This document shows positions 57,769 to 64,000 of a DNA stretch of 64,000 nucleotides, piece by piece (the first letter of the stretch is position 1; each line of letters starts with the position of its first letter). Under the pieces are notes generated by a model. It did no database searches. It was not told where the DNA came from and was given only the letters and a program-made list of their open reading frames with translations. The stretch lies in IMG/VR virus record IMGVR_UViG_3300005573_000001; one strand, written 5' to 3'. Source of the DNA: a virus. A program made the position numbers and the translations under genes.

Positions 57769-59955
57769 ATGGGTAAGTATCTAAACGGATACTTGTCTAT
57801 AATTCCTGAAAACCAGAAACAGTACATTATAGACTTGATCCAAAAGAATAAGACCAAGTATAATCTCTCAATCAGCGAAGAAGAGTTTATACAGATTATT
57901 TCCAGCATACAAGAGAAGCACGAACAGCTTTATCACTACTCAAAGCTTAGCGGCCGCATTGACTCCACTGCCTATAATGCCGCAATAAGTAAGATAAGCA
58001 TAGACCTGCAGGTATTGTTCTCAGAAGTCAACCTGCTATCCAAGGCTGCCGAGAATTACAGTACGCTAGGCAACGCTATGCTAGCCGACCTGCGGCACGA
58101 AATAGACAAGCTTGCCAGTAAAGTGACGGCACTAGAAGCTTCTGTGACTACTAATGAAACCATAGTTGCCATTAACGAAACATTTGACACTGCCCAAAAC
58201 ATGGAGTCTACGGATAGCCCACTGTATCTTGGGATGAGTACCGTAGAGATGTCCACCCGTAATAAGGACCACATCATAACCCTAAGACAAGTAGCCAAAG
58301 ATTATGTAGAGACTGACAGTGTACGAGAAAATCCTACCATTAACGTTACGCAAAGAGTCGGGTTGCCTGTAAACCAGCAGAAACCCCAGTGCAGCGCTAC
58401 GGATACCAAGTGCCTCATCCAGAACTGGACCGAGACTGCCATATCCTTAGCTCCGCTAGACATGATGTTAGATAACGTCAGCGGACCTGGCGCAATCGCC
58501 AAACTTACCATAACGTTTCCATATAGTCAGCTCATCTCGTGTATTTCCATAACCCCAGGTGGGGTTGGCGACATAGAAGTCGCAGCTATATGTTACCAAA
58601 CAGAGGTAGACTTGGCTAACGCCGCAAGTACAGCGAGTTACAAGTACATATGCGCAAGTGACAGTGTCAAGGACAGCGTCGAAGTGCTGTGTACTCCAAA
58701 TACATATAGCTCCAGCAACCCTATGACATTTGTCTTCCCATCTATCGTCGCCAAACAGGTAATTATCTACATAAAGCAGCCTAATTACGTACAGGAGCGT
58801 CTGACTGAAGACATAACTCTGGACGACATACCAATCCAGTTTGCACAAGGATACGGCAGTGTCCATAAGTACACGTACGGTATTAAAAGTTTGGAAATCT
58901 CCCACTATGAGTACGGAGAGTGCTCATGCTTTATTTCCAAGCCATATAATATAGACAGGAACATAGCTAAGGTCACACTGTCTACAGTAGAACACCATCC
59001 GATATTGATAGCCGACTCCAGTATCCCTGTAAATAATATAAGCGAGAGGGATACAAGTATAGAGTACTACATTACAAACTCCGACGGCAATACAGCCGAA
59101 CAATGGATTCCCATACTGCCTACTAACGAGGAAATGGTCATTAACGAGTTGCTGAACTTCATCGGACCTACGGCAACACTAAGATTTAAAGCCGACGGTT
59201 CAAAGGAAGCCACGCTCTATAAGAATGGAATACGGGTATCCAACAACGAGTGGTCCAAACTGCAAACCGATAAGACCCTGATCAGTATCGACACAGGGTA
59301 CGACCCAAATGCTGTATATACAATAGATTACTACCCAACGCCAGAAGCCTATACAGTATTCCTCTCAAATTCATACATAACGCAGTATATAGGCAAAAAC
59401 ACGACTGGCAATAGCTTTGGCGAGGTATTTCACGGAACTAACAATGACAAGACTGTAGTCCTATCTAAGTATCCATACGTAGACTATATGGCAATCAATA
59501 CGAATGACGCATGGGATCCGAATATAGACAACCCGCCTATCCAGGTGTACTTTGAGAACGCATATATAACTGGACCAAATAGGAGCCTGCTTACCAGTAT
59601 AGCGCCATATCCAACCAGCGGAACCCCAGCACCAAATGCAGTCTATACAAAGAACATTACCGACTATAGAGACCCGGATAAGCAGTACCATATCCGAGAA
59701 TACGACCCTACAAGCTATAGGTTTATAGAGTACTACCATAAAGATAATAAGTTGTTCTTCGGAGAGATGTGGAAATACAAGGACAACCCACTATCCACGG
59801 AGAACAACCACGGTTGCGGCGACATTAGGGTACAATACAGTTACCCGGTTACATCGGTCCGTATAAAGATAATCCTCAGGCGCTTCAAATATGCAGACGC
59901 GGCCCTAACCCCAGAACTCTCCAGCTACACACTTAAGATATACATGAGGAAATAA
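57769..59955 (+). CDS. Baseplate-like structural protein, paralog 1
   Basis: N-terminal coiled coil, then ETF, YTYGIK, FISKPY, IEYYI..W.PI.P and C-terminal VRIKIIL..TPEL..Y motifs shared with the next two genes. Confidence 0.6.
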   Translation: MGKYLNGYLSIIPENQKQYIIDLIQKNKTKYNLSISEEEFIQIISSIQEKHEQLYHYSKLSGRIDSTAYNAAISKISIDLQVLFSEVNLLSKAAENYSTLGNAMLADLRHEIDKLASKVTALEASVTTNETIVAINETFDTAQNMESTDSPLYLGMSTVEMSTRNKDHIITLRQVAKDYVETDSVRENPTINVTQRVGLPVNQQKPQCSATDTKCLIQNWTETAISLAPLDMMLDNVSGPGAIAKLTITFPYSQLISCISITPGGVGDIEVAAICYQTEVDLANAASTASYKYICASDSVKDSVEVLCTPNTYSSSNPMTFVFPSIVAKQVIIYIKQPNYVQERLTEDITLDDIPIQFAQGYGSVHKYTYGIKSLEISHYEYGECSCFISKPYNIDRNIAKVTLSTVEHHPILIADSSIPVNNISERDTSIEYYITNSDGNTAEQWIPILPTNEEMVINELLNFIGPTATLRFKADGSKEATLYKNGIRVSNNEWSKLQTDKTLISIDTGYDPNAVYTIDYYPTPEAYTVFLSNSYITQYIGKNTTGNSFGEVFHGTNNDKTVVLSKYPYVDYMAINTNDAWDPNIDNPPIQVYFENAYITGPNRSLLTSIAPYPTSGTPAPNAVYTKNITDYRDPDKQYHIREYDPTSYRFIEYYHKDNKLFFGEMWKYKDNPLSTENNHGCGDIRVQYSYPVTSVRIKIILRRFKYADAALTPELSSYTLKIYMRK

Positions 59956-59957
59956 CC

Positions 59958-61745
59958 ATGGATGATATAGTCGCCAAGAAGATAGAGTGGCTAACCGAAT
60001 ACCTGAATGCCATGGCCGAACAAACATCAAGCCCCTATGAAAAGGCCATCATAAGGTATATATGCGAGAAGAAAATTAATGCAATAACTCAGGATGCAAG
60101 CCTACCGCTAACTACGCATAGGCCGATGATACCTGGGTTTACATTCGTACAGGAAGACATAAATGATATACTGCATGAGGCAGAGGCCGACATCAGCATA
60201 CTATATAAGGTTATAGAAGATGTAGGGGACCAGATAGCCGACGCATTTAATTATAACCAGAATAATAAGACGAGACTTAAGAACAAGATCATTCAACTTA
60301 CAAGCGCGGTTACAGATCTCAAGCTACTCAATACGACAAACGACCCCAGCGTAGTATACTTTACCGACACTTTCTCTAACTATAACAACGTAGATACAAA
60401 TATTAGTACCGGACCAATCGCCAATATATCAACGTCAGAGGGGATAGCAAGCTTAGCAAGAGAAGGCAGTATAGCTATTCCACACAACAAGATGAGTATA
60501 CGCGGCATCCAAGGTAACGGCATGTTCGGTAATAGCTATGTACTAACAGGACAAAGTCTGGCTGACGTACAGTACAAGTCAGAGACGCTCAATCCACGTA
60601 GGGTCGAGGCGGCGATAGACGACAAGGCAGATACGTGGTTTGAGTATCAAGCTGTCAACATTGAAGATGTCGCGAAGGATGTCGTAAGTAATTTCGTAGA
60701 CCTTACGGATATGTCGCTAAGACAGTATGGCGACAAGCTTAGGCTGCGCTTCATAGTAGACCTTGGGTCTATAACCCCTATCAACTGGATACAGCTATCC
60801 CCGTACATGCCAGAAGGAAGCAATGCCGCAATCACGGTATACTCAATAAGTACATCTGTCGATGGAACGGCATACACGACCGTAGCTGGCGGCGAAGACA
60901 TTGGTATTACAATCAACTCCACGCCGCAAACATACCGAGAGGACGAGATACTTACTACCACAAATAAGTTTAATGGGCAAGGTATATTCTGTTTCCCAAC
61001 CATGCAGGCAAGGTATATAGAATTCGTCCTAGACCAGAATACGTCATACAGCGAAAATCTTGGCGTAACTATCTACTATAAGTACGACGCGTCTAGTAGC
61101 ATCGCATTAGAGGAAACCAAGACTATAATACCTTCTAATAGCGAAGAGATACCGGCGATCATACGTAACGGCGTCGTTACAAAGATGTTTGTAAATCAGT
61201 CTGACGATAACAGCTACGTAATAGAGAAAAGCATCCTTCCATTACCAGGATGGAGATACGTCATAGGTATACGAGACATATCCGTATACAGACATACATA
61301 TCAGCCAACAAGCGAGATTATAAGTAAGCCGTACACGGCCCCAGGTCCGATAAGTCACGTAATGCTGTATGCAAGCGAGATCATTCCCAAGGAGCTTATG
61401 GCTATCACGTCCGGCGACGACACGGTTATAGACACCAGTAAGGCATACGACTTTATCAAGTATTATATAAGTATAGACGGTACGAACTGGTATGAAATAA
61501 GCCCAATGCAACACGAGCCAATCAGTAACTCTCCATTCCCGCCGAAGATATACGAAATCAACTCTAGTGCTAACGTTGAGGAACGCTCCAGTATGATAAA
61601 CAAGGGATATATAGAGGCCCCTTCAGACGTAACGTCGATCCGTGTCAAGATAGTCTTCAGCAACGGAGGCAAGACGGACTATACACCGCTGCTGCAAGAC
61701 TACACAATTAAGGCTATACTCAACAATACGCCATACATCCAGTAG
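59958..61745 (+). CDS. Baseplate-like structural protein, paralog 2 (discoidin-like insert)
   Basis: Same architecture. AIDDKADTWFE...VDLG...STSVDG..Y...ARYIEF is F5/8C-like. Confidence 0.6.
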   Translation: MDDIVAKKIEWLTEYLNAMAEQTSSPYEKAIIRYICEKKINAITQDASLPLTTHRPMIPGFTFVQEDINDILHEAEADISILYKVIEDVGDQIADAFNYNQNNKTRLKNKIIQLTSAVTDLKLLNTTNDPSVVYFTDTFSNYNNVDTNISTGPIANISTSEGIASLAREGSIAIPHNKMSIRGIQGNGMFGNSYVLTGQSLADVQYKSETLNPRRVEAAIDDKADTWFEYQAVNIEDVAKDVVSNFVDLTDMSLRQYGDKLRLRFIVDLGSITPINWIQLSPYMPEGSNAAITVYSISTSVDGTAYTTVAGGEDIGITINSTPQTYREDEILTTTNKFNGQGIFCFPTMQARYIEFVLDQNTSYSENLGVTIYYKYDASSSIALEETKTIIPSNSEEIPAIIRNGVVTKMFVNQSDDNSYVIEKSILPLPGWRYVIGIRDISVYRHTYQPTSEIISKPYTAPGPISHVMLYASEIIPKELMAITSGDDTVIDTSKAYDFIKYYISIDGTNWYEISPMQHEPISNSPFPPKIYEINSSANVEERSSMINKGYIEAPSDVTSIRVKIVFSNGGKTDYTPLLQDYTIKAILNNTPYIQ

Positions 61746-61752
61746 GTAAGAT

Positions 61753-63756
61753 ATGAACACAAGGGATCATAGATTAGATAAAGAATTTGATAAGGTAGTA
61801 CAGGAACTTCTGCAGCAAGGCACCTTCCCATCTGTTTACGACGTAGCCGCAAGGGTAGCCGCAAGGGTTACAAAGGAAGACCTTGACCTGCCTAGTATGA
61901 AGCCATACCTAGCATACCCCAACGAAAAAATAGACTACAATGCATACAACAAAATGATGGCCGACCTTATCGACGACCTCAGTGTACTCTATAGCGTATT
62001 GCTTGAAATAAAAGCCAAGGCGCTTAATAGCTTTACTACCTTTGACATAGAGGTCAAACAACAGGAAGCCATTATAGCTGGTCTTGAAAAAAGAATAAGG
62101 GAACTCATCCTAACTAACTCAGCAGAAGGACTTACCGGTGCCTTCGTCGAGGATTTCTCCACGTCAGTAAATATAGATACGTCCGCCACTTCTGCCAACG
62201 TAAATACTCAGTCCCATGAGGTTACATTACCAAAGATACAATCGAGCGAGGCAATTATTACTGAACCATGTGAAATATCGGTATCCGTTGACAATACACG
62301 TGCGATTACATCACAGATAGGCTCCACAGCCATTAGTGAGGTATACAATAGCACCGACCCAATCACAGTCTGGCAATATCAAATAGCATGTAACTCACAG
62401 GCTGTCATACCGATCTATATAGAGATAGATTACCACAAAGCAATAGTGGCAAACCAGATAGTAGTAGACATGCTGTCCGTAAAGCCCACAATGGTGCGTG
62501 TCGAGTTTAAGCCTAAGAGCATAGACACATGGTATCCTGTACCATACAACGAGAGTGCCACTACATGTGATAAATCTATAGTAGTAAAGTTCCCAAGTAT
62601 GGAGATCGCATCGCTAAGGCTAATACTATACAAGGAAGAAGCCGACAAACTAGAAGTTAGCGACAACCAGCCAAATTACCTATATATCTACGGTATTAAG
62701 AATATCTCTGTGTATAGCACCACATATACAACAAAGGCAGTTATACAAAGCAAACCGATAGCAATAGCCCCGGGCATCATATCTATCAGTACTGATGAAG
62801 ACATACCGGATGGGTGTAATATAAATTACAGCATAGCACTCGAGGAGCCTGAACTTACATGGAACCCAATATCGCCAGTAGGAAACCCAAACCCAAGGTA
62901 TAGCAAGACGTTAGACCTGTCCAATGTAATCACAAGTGATCCGCCCTCTGAATTCGCCTTTCCGAATGGCGTAAACCCACCAGCTTTACACGAGTTAGCC
63001 ACCAACGGAATAAACTTCTACGAGTTGCCTGCACTAGACAACTCGTTCAGTTCCCGTAATATCATAGACGGTTCAGAAATGCTATTCAGGGGCAAGAACG
63101 CATGGCTGGTAGAGGTAGCAAGCAGCAGCACTAGCGGCATACCCAATAACAGCCTATTTGCACAGGCAGACACATCGTATCTACAGCATACCGCTGGCGC
63201 GCAGAGTATATCAGGCTCATACGAACATCCGGTAAGATTGTCGTGCGCCGTATACCATAGCAAGCCTAATACCGGCATGAGTAAACTATTCTCCACTAAC
63301 TGCCCAGCGGCTGTATACGTCAATGGTGTGCCCATCTTCAGTACCCTGACACCAGTATCAAATGTCAGGGTAGAGTATCCATTACGTAATGGATGGAACA
63401 CGATAGCCATCCTAGTAAACTGCAACGCAGACGTCAACCTTAACCTGTCATTTGACCCGACATCAGAATTTAGGTACATGTTCGCATCTAACGTGCCAAT
63501 GACAAAGGTAAGCCTATACGACCTGCAGCATAATATAATGAACTACAATCACGATTGTTATGCGATAACGCAGCTCGACGGTAACAATGTAGCCATACTA
63601 AACCACACAACGGATAGCTCCCTAGTATATAGCATGTTCTATAGATATATAGGAACCTCAAGCTCTCAGGTAAGCATAATCCTAAGGGCAGTACTATCCT
63701 CAGACAATAGTAGTATAACCCCAACGCTGCGCAAATACATTGTAAGGAGTATCTAA
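61753..63756 (+). CDS. Baseplate-like structural protein, paralog 3
   Basis: Same architecture (EDF, YIYGIK, IQSKPI, W.PISP, ILRAVL..TPTL..Y). Confidence 0.6.
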   Translation: MNTRDHRLDKEFDKVVQELLQQGTFPSVYDVAARVAARVTKEDLDLPSMKPYLAYPNEKIDYNAYNKMMADLIDDLSVLYSVLLEIKAKALNSFTTFDIEVKQQEAIIAGLEKRIRELILTNSAEGLTGAFVEDFSTSVNIDTSATSANVNTQSHEVTLPKIQSSEAIITEPCEISVSVDNTRAITSQIGSTAISEVYNSTDPITVWQYQIACNSQAVIPIYIEIDYHKAIVANQIVVDMLSVKPTMVRVEFKPKSIDTWYPVPYNESATTCDKSIVVKFPSMEIASLRLILYKEEADKLEVSDNQPNYLYIYGIKNISVYSTTYTTKAVIQSKPIAIAPGIISISTDEDIPDGCNINYSIALEEPELTWNPISPVGNPNPRYSKTLDLSNVITSDPPSEFAFPNGVNPPALHELATNGINFYELPALDNSFSSRNIIDGSEMLFRGKNAWLVEVASSSTSGIPNNSLFAQADTSYLQHTAGAQSISGSYEHPVRLSCAVYHSKPNTGMSKLFSTNCPAAVYVNGVPIFSTLTPVSNVRVEYPLRNGWNTIAILVNCNADVNLNLSFDPTSEFRYMFASNVPMTKVSLYDLQHNIMNYNHDCYAITQLDGNNVAILNHTTDSSLVYSMFYRYIGTSSSQVSIILRAVLSSDNSSITPTLRKYIVRSI

Positions 63757-64000
63757 TGAAATCGGAGATTACAAGGCATAACCATAGATACCGCGGCCCA
63801 ACGTCTTATGCAGATATGGTACTCTTTATGGGCCAAGCTGAATACACGCTAACTAAACTGTATACTGGCATAAAGGTAGTCAGAGAGGCTGTGGCTAAGA
63901 ATACTGAACATTACATAGTAGGCTCTGGCGACACGCGGCATCAAACCGCAGTTACAACAGAAGTCGATGGTATCAGTAGTAGCAGGGTATTTACGCCGCT
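63756..64000 (+). CDS. Structural-module protein, 3'-truncated by the window edge
   Basis: TAATG overlap with the previous stop and upstream SD TAAGGAG. Frame is open to the end (MKSEITRHNHRYRGPTSYAD...). Absent from the supplied ORF track because it has no stop. Confidence 0.7.
   Translation, partial: MKSEITRHNHRYRGPTSYADMVLFMGQAEYTLTKLYTGIKVVREAVAKNTEHYIVGSGDTRHQTAVTTEVDGISSSRVFTP

Noticed and set aside
61843-61866. 12-bp tandem duplication GTAGCCGCAAGG (VAAR x2)
   Set aside because: Small in-frame duplication with no evident significance.
1-64000. Headless eCIS/tailocin or T6SS locus
   Set aside because: Not excluded, since no capsid genes are in view. However, the ~2000-aa tape measure, RNAP-like gene, inteins, and the lack of an Afp15-like ATPase or membrane complex favour a large phage.
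1-64000. Alternative genetic code (TAG/TGA recoding)
   Set aside because: The standard code yields uninterrupted ORFs up to 8.8 kb, and TAG stops are followed by SD plus start signals.

Overview
The whole window is one gene-dense, entirely + strand tail-morphogenesis region of a large contractile-tailed (myovirus-like, probably jumbo) phage, most likely infecting a Gram-positive/Bacillota host (strong Shine-Dalgarno sites, PG-binding and NlpC/P60 lysins). Gene order: sheath-like gene (5'-truncated), tail completion-like gene, sheath, four tail-tube paralogs, two paralogous tail assembly chaperones, tape measure protein, a 2405-aa enzyme, a 2933-aa hub-like protein, a three-domain virion lysin, spike and baseplate wedge genes, large fibre/baseplate proteins, an endolysin, a needle-tipped fibre with chaperone, and three paralogous baseplate-like proteins. 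No capsid, terminase, replication, tRNA or CRISPR features are visible. The main result is the 2405-aa ORF (15043-22260) directly after the tape measure gene. It carries a two-barrel RNA polymerase catalytic signature (GREPIFH...ADNDGD) fused to an N-terminal DnaQ/DEDDh 3'-5' exonuclease, so it is a candidate virion-delivered single-chain RNAP-exonuclease. It is flanked by a tape measure with an intein and a degenerate thermonuclease domain, and by a hub-like protein with an intact thermonuclease domain. A second intein interrupts a tail-tube paralog. All calls come from motif recognition by eye; no database searches were run.
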